From Candidatus Pelearchaeum maunauluense (GTDB taxonomy: Archaea; Thermoproteota; Nitrososphaeria_A; Caldarchaeales; Caldarchaeaceae), in contig JANVYQ010000002.1 in the NCBI GenBank assembly GCA_030059675.1, positions 96,001 to 160,000 on the forward strand: a stretch of 64,000 nt of DNA, in the 5' to 3' direction. This document shows positions 8,955-17,553 of the stretch, piece after piece. The notes below the pieces were generated by a model. The model worked only from the letters and a program-made list of their open reading frames with translations. It searched no databases and had not been told where the DNA came from. Position 1 is the stretch's first letter, and every line of letters starts with the position of its first letter. The position numbers and the translations under genes are program-made.

Positions 8955-10194
8955 CCCTCACCAACCTCTCCACGACGCGCTGGACGCCAGTCCCATACTG
9001 GAGAGCCGACTTCCTGGAGCGCGCGACCTCATCAAGCCCCAGCAGAAGAGCGACGCTCCTTAGAATACGCTTCCTCACGTAGCCCTCAGCCGTCTTAGCT
9101 ACCTTCAGCTCAGGTGGTAAGCTCAGGGCGTAATCCACCAGCTCATAATCCAAGTAAGGCAAGACCAGCTCAACCCCAACAAGGGAGCATGCGAGGACAT
9201 CGCGGGGCAGGCTAAAGGCGTGGAGGCCCATGACATCCTGCCACAACGCCTCCTGCACGGCTTCATGACCATACCTCTCGGCTATCTTCTCGTATTTCAT
9301 GTAGCCGCCGAACAGCTCGTCAGCCCCTTGGCCCGCTACGGCAGACCTAGCGCCCAGCTCTCTGGCGCGCTCAGCCTGGAGCAGAAAGACAGAGCCTATC
9401 GCAGCGTCCATCAGCGACAACCTGCCAAAAACCCCGCGGAGGAGCTCAACAGCCCGCGAAACATCGCTGGGGGATATCTCAACATGCGTTGCCTCAATCC
9501 CCAGCAGCTTGGCGACGCTCTTGATGTTCGCCCAATCCCGCGCGCCAGGGAGGCCTGCTGATACTAGCATGGGCTCAAGCCCAGCCTCTGCGCAGAGCTT
9601 GGCTAGGATGGAGCTGTCCAAGCCGCCTGAGAAGAAGAGCGCAGAGCCGCGCTCAACGTAGCGCTCAACCGAGGAGCGGAGTAGGCCGAGTATCCTACCC
9701 GCATCCCCCTTCACATGACGCCGCGACGGCTTCCAATAAGTCTCCACAACAGAGCCATGTTCGCCCAGCCGCGTTATGCACGCTGGCCGCGCTGGAGTCG
9801 GTTCATACCCAGCGTTGATGATGAACGCAGGAGTGTTGCTGCAAATTATGAGGCCGCGCGTCTCCGCTATGAAGAGCGGCCTACACCCAAGGTGGTCGCG
9901 GACGAGCACAAGCCCCTCGCCGCTTACCATGACCGCGGAGAAGAAGCCACGCAGCCCCCTGGCGTCCTCTACAGAACCAACCCCGAAGGCGGGGTATGCA
10001 TCTACAAGCGTCAGCCTCCCGTCGCTATACTCGGCAGCCTTCACCCCACGCTCCCGCCGCACCATCCCGAAGTATGCCGCAGCCGCCTGTCCCTGGGAGT
10101 AGTACTCAGCTTCCCTGCCCGCTTCTCCCAAAGCCCTCTTAACCGCCTCCCCCGCGCCCCTGCCGTAGGCAGCCACGAAGCCGAACACAAGCAA
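8932..10194 (-). CDS. Asparagine synthetase B-related protein
   Basis: RDHLGCRPLF, FSGGLDSS, GQGADELFGGY. Confidence 0.8.
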   Translation of the reverse strand: MLVFGFVAAYGRGAGEAVKRALGEAGREAEYYSQGQAAAAYFGMVRRERGVKAAEYSDGRLTLVDAYPAFGVGSVEDARGLRGFFSAVMVSGEGLVLVRDHLGCRPLFIAETRGLIICSNTPAFIINAGYEPTPARPACITRLGEHGSVVETYWKPSRRHVKGDAGRILGLLRSSVERYVERGSALFFSGGLDSSILAKLCAEAGLEPMLVSAGLPGARDWANIKSVAKLLGIEATHVEISPSDVSRAVELLRGVFGRLSLMDAAIGSVFLLQAERARELGARSAVAGQGADELFGGYMKYEKIAERYGHEAVQEALWQDVMGLHAFSLPRDVLACSLVGVELVLPYLDYELVDYALSLPPELKVAKTAEGYVRKRILRSVALLLGLDEVARSRKSALQYGTGVQRVVERLVRDGKARLS

Positions 10195-10244
10195 CCCCCA
10201 GCGTATAGTAGCGCTAATTAACCAGTGGCGTCCTCCCTATATTC

Positions 10245-10400
10245 GTGGATTCGGACTGCCAGCATGAGTTTGAATTCCTCGGCGAGCAGAAGACCGACGA
10301 GGGGACGAACAAATACTTCCGCTGCACCCTCTGCGGCGATGTCTTCGTCTTCCCGCCCAACTCTGACATAGCGTATAAAATACCTGGCAGGAAGGACTAG
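10245..10400 (+). CDS. Small putative Zn-binding protein (51 aa), not in ORF track
   Basis: MDSDCQHEFEFLGEQKTDEGTNKYFRCTLCGDVFVFPPNSDIAYKIPGRKD*; CxH...CxxC. Confidence 0.6.
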   Translation: MDSDCQHEFEFLGEQKTDEGTNKYFRCTLCGDVFVFPPNSDIAYKIPGRKD

Positions 10401-10894
10401 ACACCTAGGTTAAGCTCGTCCCAGCTAAGCCCAGCTTGGTGGAAGACCTCCTCGCCAATCCTCGTCGGCTCGGCCGCCTTCTCCTCCGCCGCCTTAAGCT
10501 CACGGTATTTTCTATAAAACGCCTGCCTAACGGTCTCAACCGCCTGGAAAAGCTCCTCAGCATTCCTGTACCGCGCAGTCTTTACGGAGCTCTCCACACC
10601 CTCAGGCGAGATGCGCGCAATCGTGTATGTAACCTCTCCTGGAAGCTCTGCGAAAGACCTCACCAAGCCGCTTCCTGCATCTGCCCTAGCTTCCACTAGA
10701 ATTGAGTATAGCTTCCTAACACCGCCCTCCATACGCACAACATCTATGGCGAAGCCGCAGCGTCCAAAGCGCGAGTATATCATGCGCTCATGCGGGTAGT
10801 GCCTATGCGTGGCCAGCCCCACCACGTCGCGCGACTCAATTAATGAGACAACCTCAGACGTTAGAGAACCAGCGTCAGACGACAACACCAGCAC
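10397..10894 (-). CDS. Hypothetical protein
   Basis: 165-aa ORF with typical codon usage, divergent from the tRNA. Confidence 0.65.
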   Translation of the reverse strand: MLVLSSDAGSLTSEVVSLIESRDVVGLATHRHYPHERMIYSRFGRCGFAIDVVRMEGGVRKLYSILVEARADAGSGLVRSFAELPGEVTYTIARISPEGVESSVKTARYRNAEELFQAVETVRQAFYRKYRELKAAEEKAAEPTRIGEEVFHQAGLSWDELNLGV

Positions 10895-10991
10895 CGACGA
10901 TAGGGGATAGGCTCTAGCTCATAAATCTTGAAAGGAAGGCCGACAACATTAAAACCAAGCCAGCGAAACAGCATGAGCAGAACAACAAGGG

Positions 10992-11076
10992 GCCGGGGTG
11001 GCGGAGCGGACAACGCGCAGGCCTTGAGAGCCTGTGGCCTTCGCGGGCCGCGTGGGTTCAAATCCCACCCCCGGCG
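10992..11076 (+). tRNA. tRNA-Ser(UGA)
   Basis: Acceptor GCCGGGG/CCCCGGC, anticodon arm CAGGC-CTTGAGA-GCCTG, long variable arm, GGTTCAAATCC T-arm; CCA not encoded. Confidence 0.95.
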
Positions 11077-11340
11077 CATTATGGCCTCTCTGGCGTCGCG
11101 CTCAACTATAGCGCCCAAGGTATCTGATATGCCACCCACATTCTTGGCGAGCCACTCCCTAAGCCTGATTTCACCCTCCAAAACCTTCCTCAACCCAGCT
11201 ATTGCGCTAACATTATTTGCAGAGGTCTCCGCAACTTCCCTAAGAATTATATAAACTCCCATAATCACCGTTCTTCTTATTGGCTTCACTCAACGTTTCT
11301 CAAGGCACTTGATTCGGGTTTAGCGTATATAAGCCTTGAT

Positions 11341-12135
11341 TTAGAAGACCATTCTTACTGCGAAGAACAACGCGAGAGAAGCCACGAATGCGGCTACCCA
11401 TATTGTCGTGTTCCAGCTCATTATCTTCTGGCCGTCTAGGGGGCCTATTGGTATTAGGTTGAAGAACGCTAGGAACGCGTTGATGTGCGCTAGCGCTCTC
11501 AGGGGGAATTGGGGCAGTAGCGGCTGTAGTGGGATTAGCGCTATCGCTATCGCTATGTTCGTGAGGGGGCCTGCAAGGGCTACTTTGCCCATATGCCTAT
11601 GCGTGGCCGCTCCCCAGATAACTACTGCCCCAGGGGCTATGATGATGAAGAACGGCAATCCTATGAAGACGATGAGCGAGGTTATCGCGGTCAGCGCGGC
11701 TCCGAAGGCGTAGATCTTGAAGCGGGCGGACAAGCCTCTGCGGAGGGCGACGAATTTATGGGCCAGCTCGTGGGCTATGAAGGATGCTGCGAAGCCGATG
11801 AGCATGAACGCGGTGATTGCTGGCGAGAATATCACCCCGCGCGAGAGGGCGAAGCCAGCCAGCATGACGAGGGCAGCCCCAGCCGCTAAATGGCCCAGCT
11901 CATCGGCGCTGAATACTCTCTCACGCGCTCTCGCAACGTGAGGCGGGGCTACGGCGTATCCCCAGCCAGTCTCATCACGCGCCTCACGCCGCTTAATTTC
12001 CTCTGGGCTCTTCGCCGCAAAAACCCCTGGACAGCTATGCTTCTCAGGAATCCTATGCTCGGCGCAGAAGAACTCGCCGCAATAAGCGCATTTGAACGGG
12101 AGTAGCTCATCTCTTCCACATACACCGCATCTCAT
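11341..12135 (-). CDS. AN1-type Zn-finger fused to an M50 site-2 membrane protease
   Basis: CxxC...CxYCxxxFCxxHRxPExHxC; HELAH, AGP, FNLIPxxPLDG. Confidence 0.9.
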   Translation of the reverse strand: MRCGVCGRDELLPFKCAYCGEFFCAEHRIPEKHSCPGVFAAKSPEEIKRREARDETGWGYAVAPPHVARARERVFSADELGHLAAGAALVMLAGFALSRGVIFSPAITAFMLIGFAASFIAHELAHKFVALRRGLSARFKIYAFGAALTAITSLIVFIGLPFFIIIAPGAVVIWGAATHRHMGKVALAGPLTNIAIAIALIPLQPLLPQFPLRALAHINAFLAFFNLIPIGPLDGQKIMSWNTTIWVAAFVASLALFFAVRMVF

Positions 12136-12254
12136 AACCCAAGGCCTCTTAAACTTCCGTTGCTACAAGCTTAGCCGCCTATTTATTGATAGCTTTCGGG
12201 CTAAAACTCTTTAGGAGGAAGGTGGTTGTAGGGAGTAAGGAAGGGTGCTTTGGC

Positions 12255-12683
12255 ATGTCTAGGGGCTTTGGCGAGGATGTGGGCAGGATAGCTAGGGAGC
12301 TCGCGGAGAAGATACGCGAGGCCGTTGAAGCCTCGCTTTCCGCCGTGCCCTCCACGCTATACGGCGGCTATAGGCGGCCAATAACTGAGATGCGCGTGGA
12401 GGACGGCTACATCTACCTACTCGTGGAGCTTCCGGGATGTAGCCGCGATAACATCTCCCTAACGGTGGAGAGTAGGGAGGTTGAGGTGGAGGCGCGGTAC
12501 AGCGACCCACCATTCCCAGAGATGCGCAACATGGCACGCTACCGCGACGGCGGGTTTAGGAGGAGGATAGACTTCCCACACAGCGTAGATACCAGCGATA
12601 TACAGGCGAAATATGTTGATGGCGTTCTATACCTAAGGCTTAAACTAGCCCAGCCCAGCGGCACTAGGGTTAAGATAGAATGA
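12255..12683 (+). CDS. Small heat shock protein (Hsp20)
   Basis: Alpha-crystallin domain: ELPG...AKYVDGVL, C-terminal VKIE. Confidence 0.9.
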   Translation: MSRGFGEDVGRIARELAEKIREAVEASLSAVPSTLYGGYRRPITEMRVEDGYIYLLVELPGCSRDNISLTVESREVEVEARYSDPPFPEMRNMARYRDGGFRRRIDFPHSVDTSDIQAKYVDGVLYLRLKLAQPSGTRVKIE

Positions 12684-14269
12684 GCGGCGCTCATTATGCC
12701 GCTTTCGTAGAGCTCTGTGAGAAGCTGGAAAAAACACCAGGACGAAACCAGAAGATACAGCTGGTCGCGGCGTATCTCAGGACGCTCTCGCCAGAGGAAG
12801 CGAAGATAGCAGCTTACATGCTGGTTGGCAGGGCTACGGAGGAGAAGGGGAAGACGCCGCTCAACGTTGGCTGGGCGGCTGTGCGCGACGTGCTGGACGC
12901 GGGCATAACGAAGCCCCTCGTTGAAACGCCCCTAACGCTTCTGGAGCTTTGGTCATCCCTCAAGTCGGCGGCGCAGGCAAGTGGTGAAGGCTCGCGGACT
13001 CGTAAGAAGGCGGTCATAGAGGCGCTCCTTTCGCGGATGAGCGAGGTTGAGCGGAAGTGGTTCATCAGGATGCTTTTCGGCGAGATGCGGCACGGCGTAA
13101 GCGCAGGCTTGCTGCTTGACGCAATAGCCCAGGTCTCTGGGCTTGACGCTGAGCGGGTTAGGCGGCTTGACATGGTGATAGGCGACATAGGCGAGCTGGC
13201 CAAGCTGGCCGTTAAGGGCAAACTAACAACAGCTGGCATGAGGCTCTTCAGCCCCGTCAGACCTATGCTGGCAGAGATGAGCGAGACAGCCCAGGACGCG
13301 ATTAGGGAGCATGGCGGCAAGACGGCGTTTGAGCCAAAGTTTGACGGCGTGAGGTTGCAGATACACAAGCAGGGAGACGTGGTAAGGCTCTACACGCGCC
13401 GCCTCTCTGACGTTACCCACAGCCTGCCAGACGTGGTTGATGTCGTCAAGAGGGCTGTAAAGGCCTCCGAGGCCGTGCTGGACGCTGAGGTAGTAGCCGT
13501 AGACCAGGCGGGCAAGGCTCTTCCATTCCAAGAGACCATGCGGAGACTAGGCAGAGAGAGGGACGTGGAGGAGGCGGTAACCCAGATACCGCTACAGCTC
13601 AAGGTCTTTGACATCCTATACCTTGAGGGCGACACGGTTATTGACAAGCCCTACATGGAGAGGCACCGACTCCTGGAGAGGGTTGTAGAGGATGGCTCTC
13701 TCCTAGCGGAGCAGCTAATTACAGACAACGCCGAGGAGGCTGAACGCTTCATGGAGCGCGTGTTGGAGCAGGGGCATGAGGGCCTCATCGCCAAGGACCC
13801 GCGGAGCGCATACACACCTGGCAGGAGGGGCGGGCACTGGCTCAAGATAAAGCCAGCCGAGAGGCTGGACGTGGTTATTATCGCCGCTGAGTGGGGGCAT
13901 GGCAGGAGACAAGGCTGGCTCAGCAACTACCACCTCGCCGTCCTCGACAAAGAGACGGGGAGCTTTGAGATGGTGGGCAAGACCTTCAAGGGGCTTACCG
14001 ACAGGGAGTTTGAGGAGATGACGCGGAGGCTGCAGGAGATTAAGCTCGCGGATACTGAGTGGGGCTTGATCGTCAGGCCTGAGATAGTGGTTGAGGTTGC
14101 CTATAATGAGATACAGCGGAGCCCCCACTATAGGAGTGGCTATGCCCTGCGCTTCGCCCGAATAACGAGGATACGCGACGACAAGCCTCCCAGCGAGGTG
14201 GATACCCTCCAGCGCCTCAGGATGCTATACGAGAAGCAGTTTGAGAAGAAGGGGAGGCTGGAGGAATAG
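12680..14269 (+). CDS. lig: ATP-dependent DNA ligase
   Basis: EPKFDG, VFDILY, EGLIAK, WLKIK, ALRFARI motifs. Confidence 0.95.
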   Translation: MSGAHYAAFVELCEKLEKTPGRNQKIQLVAAYLRTLSPEEAKIAAYMLVGRATEEKGKTPLNVGWAAVRDVLDAGITKPLVETPLTLLELWSSLKSAAQASGEGSRTRKKAVIEALLSRMSEVERKWFIRMLFGEMRHGVSAGLLLDAIAQVSGLDAERVRRLDMVIGDIGELAKLAVKGKLTTAGMRLFSPVRPMLAEMSETAQDAIREHGGKTAFEPKFDGVRLQIHKQGDVVRLYTRRLSDVTHSLPDVVDVVKRAVKASEAVLDAEVVAVDQAGKALPFQETMRRLGRERDVEEAVTQIPLQLKVFDILYLEGDTVIDKPYMERHRLLERVVEDGSLLAEQLITDNAEEAERFMERVLEQGHEGLIAKDPRSAYTPGRRGGHWLKIKPAERLDVVIIAAEWGHGRRQGWLSNYHLAVLDKETGSFEMVGKTFKGLTDREFEEMTRRLQEIKLADTEWGLIVRPEIVVEVAYNEIQRSPHYRSGYALRFARITRIRDDKPPSEVDTLQRLRMLYEKQFEKKGRLEE

Positions 14270-14357
14270 CGTGGGGAATCCCAGCATACTACCAGTGGAA
14301 TTCCATCATGCGCCAGCTAGCCAAACGGTTATTAGAGTATAGGCCGGCGAGGAGGCC

Positions 14358-14924
14358 ATGGCAAGGATACGCCCCGCCCTCTTCGGGTTCTCCATACTCA
14401 CGTTGGCGGGGGCTATAGCCACGCTGGGGACGCAGACAGCTGGCATGATAGCCCCCTCAGACCAAATGCGCGTGTTGGCGACGCTCTTCAACGCGCTGGC
14501 ACCCATGCTCTCACCCCTCTCATCGGCGGCGGGCACTAAGGTGCTCATGCCAATAGGCGGTGAGGAGCTAGCCCTCGGAATAGCTCCCCTAATCGCATGG
14601 GTCGCTGCTGGCGTGGCTATAGGCCTGATGAGCAGGGACGGGAGCGAGGCTGCAACGGCATCACTAGCCCTGGCAAGCCTAACATACATACTATGGCTGG
14701 GCTTGGCCCTGCTGGTTCTCCCAAGCACGGGAGCGGCTATACCCTGGAGCAACTACCTGGACATGGTTGTGAGCAGGATACTCGTCTCAACACCACTGGA
14801 CTTCTTCTCAATCTACATAATACCCACAGCCCTCTCAGCAGCCACCACGTCCCTCTACCAGAAAGCCACCAGGCCGAGAATACATGAGAAGCCTATAGAG
14901 AGAAGGAGGATATGGGACTACTAG
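14358..14924 (+). CDS. Hypothetical membrane protein
   Basis: About 4 hydrophobic helices; GAGG upstream of ATG. Confidence 0.7.
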   Translation: MARIRPALFGFSILTLAGAIATLGTQTAGMIAPSDQMRVLATLFNALAPMLSPLSSAAGTKVLMPIGGEELALGIAPLIAWVAAGVAIGLMSRDGSEAATASLALASLTYILWLGLALLVLPSTGAAIPWSNYLDMVVSRILVSTPLDFFSIYIIPTALSAATTSLYQKATRPRIHEKPIERRRIWDY

Positions 14925-14927
14925 GTC

Positions 14928-14950
14928 AGAAAAAGAAAAGGGGGAAGGGT
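14928..14950 (-). terminator. Pyrimidine/oligo-T terminator
   Basis: CCCTTCCCCCTTTTCTTTTTCT on the minus strand downstream of the basic microprotein gene. Confidence 0.45.
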
Positions 14951-14971
14951 TTCTGGGATGGTGATGGGGAC

Positions 14972-15154
14972 TTAGCCCATCCCAGTCTCTTCCGCCGCGG
15001 CGGGTGAGGGCGCAGCAGCCCTCGCCCGCGCTCCTCGCGCGGATTTCTTCTTGGTGGCTGCTTTCGTCTTACCCGTTTTTTTAGCTCCCTTCTTGCTTGA
15101 TTTCTTAGCTGTCTTCTTTCCCTTCTTTGCTGGCATCTCCGTTTCCTCGTGCAT
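14972..15154 (-). CDS. Small Lys/Ala-rich basic protein (histone H1-tail-like composition)
   Basis: MPAKKGKKTAKKSSKKGAKKTGKTKAATKKKSARG...; own AT-rich upstream region and T-rich terminator. Confidence 0.65.
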   Translation of the reverse strand: MHEETEMPAKKGKKTAKKSSKKGAKKTGKTKAATKKKSARGARARAAAPSPAAAEETGMG

Positions 15155-15265
15155 AATTGATTATGGGAGACATAAAAGATTTTCGGAAAAAATTATTGTC
15201 AAACCTACCCGATAGCATATTGCTTAACCCTTTAAGCAACCACTTTGGCCTTATCTGCGAGGGTA

Positions 15266-15595
15266 ATGAGCAGAATAACGTTAGGAGAGTTTAAGCGCGT
15301 TGAGATACGTGTGGGTAGGGTTGTTGCAGCGGAGCGTGTGAAGGGGACTGATAGGATAATCAAGCTGCGGGTGGACTTCGGCGATAAGCAGATGCAAGCG
15401 CTCACAGGCCTTGGCCACATCTACGAGCCTGAGCACTTCATAGGAAAGAAATACGCGTTCGTAACCAACCTTGAGCCGAAGAAGCTTAGGGGGGAGGTGT
15501 CGGAGTGCATGGTCCTCGCTGCTGTGGAGAGCGATGATAGCATAGCTCCTTTAGTTCCTGAGAGGGATGTGAGGGAGGGCTCTCCCGTATACTAG
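15266..15595 (+). CDS. tRNA-binding OB-fold protein (Trbp111/CsaA/MetRS C-terminal family)
   Basis: EIRVGRV...NLEPKKLRGEVSECMVLA. Confidence 0.85.
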   Translation: MSRITLGEFKRVEIRVGRVVAAERVKGTDRIIKLRVDFGDKQMQALTGLGHIYEPEHFIGKKYAFVTNLEPKKLRGEVSECMVLAAVESDDSIAPLVPERDVREGSPVY

Positions 15596-15648
15596 CCCTC
15601 CTCCTGGGGTCTCTTAATATAATCGGCGGGTAGCAGTAGGCTTGGGCC

Positions 15649-16947
15649 TTGGTGGTGAAGACGCTCTTCGTCAAGGATGTGTTCGGCCTGGCAGGGGGGT
15701 CGCGGGTTGAGCTGCTGGGCTGGGTGAGGAATAGGCGGCTGCATGGTAAGTTGGTCTTCCTAGACGTGCGCGACTCAACTGGGGTTATCCAGGTTGCGGT
15801 TAAGGTGGGCGTCGCGAGCGGCTCTGCTTATGAGAATGCTGTGCGCGTGGGTAGGGAGGCCGCTGTAAGGGTGGTTGGGGAGGCTGTCAAAGACCCCCGC
15901 GCCCCTGGCGGGGTTGAGATAGCCTGCCGCGAGCTTGAGGTGGTGGGTGAGGCTCTTGAGGAGTTTCCGATAAAGCCTGGCGTGGGCGCGCGCTTCCTCC
16001 ACGACCATAGGCACCTCCACCTGAGAAGCCCCAAGGTCTCGGCAGTCATGCGCGTCAGGGCTAAGCTACTTGACGCGGCGCGGCGGTGGTTTGAGGAGAA
16101 CGGCTTCGTGGAGATACACTGCCCCACATTCATAACCGCGGCGGTGGAAGGCGGCGCGACGCTCTTCAAGGTGGACTACTTCGGACGCGAGGCGTACTTG
16201 ACGCAGAGCGTACAGTTCTACCAGGAGGCGGCGATATATGGGCTGGAGAAGGTGTATAGCATACAGCCCAGCTTCAGGGCTGAGAAGAGCAAGACGAGGA
16301 GGCATCTGACAGAGTTCTGGCATGTGGAGGCGGAGCTCGCCCACGCTGGGCTTGAGGACTTGATGAAGGTCGTTGAGGGGCTTGTCAGCTTCTCTGTGAG
16401 GGAGGCCGTGGAGAGGAGCGCGGAGGAGCTCCGCACTATAGGGAGGTCGTTCAACACCTCTTCTGTCGAGCCTCCGTTTGAGAGGATAAAGTATGCGGAG
16501 GCGCTGGAGCTTTTGGAGTCGCGGGGAGTGTCGCTGGAGTGGGGCTCAGACCTAGGGGCTGATGAGGAGCGGATACTCACCCAGCAGTTTGAGAAGCCGT
16601 TCTTCGTAACCCACTATCCGAAGGAGGCTAAAGCCTTCTACCATATGCCAGACCCGCGTGATGGGCGGGTTACGCTCTCAGCCGACCTGCTCGCGCCGCA
16701 GGGGTATGGCGAGATAGTGGGAGGTGGCCAGCGCATACACGACTATAACCAGCTGCTGGAGCGTATTAGGGAGGAGGGGCTTAACCCAGAGGAGTATAAG
16801 TGGTATCTGGACCTGCGTAAGTATGGTTCTGTGCCTCACAGCGGCTTTGGGCTTGGCGTTGAGAGGCTTCTACAGTGGGTTCTGGGGCTGCGGAGCGTTA
16901 GGAGCGCGTGCCTCTTCCCAAGGACGCGGGCGCGCCTCTACCCATGA
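15649..16947 (+). CDS. asnS: Asparagine--tRNA ligase
   Basis: OB anticodon domain, YLTQSVQ, FRAEKSKTRRHLTEFWHVE, PHSGFGLGVERL. Confidence 0.92.
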   Translation: MVVKTLFVKDVFGLAGGSRVELLGWVRNRRLHGKLVFLDVRDSTGVIQVAVKVGVASGSAYENAVRVGREAAVRVVGEAVKDPRAPGGVEIACRELEVVGEALEEFPIKPGVGARFLHDHRHLHLRSPKVSAVMRVRAKLLDAARRWFEENGFVEIHCPTFITAAVEGGATLFKVDYFGREAYLTQSVQFYQEAAIYGLEKVYSIQPSFRAEKSKTRRHLTEFWHVEAELAHAGLEDLMKVVEGLVSFSVREAVERSAEELRTIGRSFNTSSVEPPFERIKYAEALELLESRGVSLEWGSDLGADEERILTQQFEKPFFVTHYPKEAKAFYHMPDPRDGRVTLSADLLAPQGYGEIVGGGQRIHDYNQLLERIREEGLNPEEYKWYLDLRKYGSVPHSGFGLGVERLLQWVLGLRSVRSACLFPRTRARLYP

Positions 16948-17507
16948 CCGAGCCATACTCACCAGCGGAGGATACGCTACTCCTCATCAAGACGCTGGAG
17001 CGTACCGAGGTTGGGGGAGTGGTTGTTGAGATTGGCTGCGGTCTGGGCGCAGTGTTGGAAAGCATAGCAGACCGCGCGGATGAGGTCATAGGGACGGACA
17101 TACAGCTTGAGGCTCTCCTAGAAGCTAGGAAGAGGCTCACAGCTTTCTACGGCTCTACGCACCTAATCAACGCCCGCGGCCTTTCGTGCATCAGGAGGAA
17201 TAACATAATCAGCCTGGTTGTCTCCAACCCTCCCTACCTGCCCGAAGAGCCTGAGATACGCGACCCCACCATACACGCAGGGCCAACAGGCGTGGAGACG
17301 GCGCTGGAAATCGTCTCCGAGGCTGCTCAAATAATGGCTAAGGGATGCAGAATAATACTAATAGCGTCAAGCCTATCCGACTTCAACCGATTAAAGGCTG
17401 AGACCACCGAGAAAGGGATGGAAATGGAGACGTTATCAAAGCTTGACCTGTTTTTTGAAAGGCTTATATGCGTACAAATAAGGGGGAAGTGTTCGGCGAA
17501 ATTTTGA
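16944..17507 (+). CDS. HemK2/PrmC-family protein methyltransferase
   Basis: YSPAEDT, EIGCGLG, SNPPYLP, FFE. Confidence 0.85.
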   Translation: MTEPYSPAEDTLLLIKTLERTEVGGVVVEIGCGLGAVLESIADRADEVIGTDIQLEALLEARKRLTAFYGSTHLINARGLSCIRRNNIISLVVSNPPYLPEEPEIRDPTIHAGPTGVETALEIVSEAAQIMAKGCRIILIASSLSDFNRLKAETTEKGMEMETLSKLDLFFERLICVQIRGKCSAKF

Positions 17508-17553
17508 TTAAAGATAAATTAGCTGGTTTGGTAGAGTCATCCCCCAGCCCCCT

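Noticed and set aside
10861-11289. 142-aa and 108-aa ORFs spanning the tRNA
   Set aside because: Largely translations of the tRNA sequence itself.
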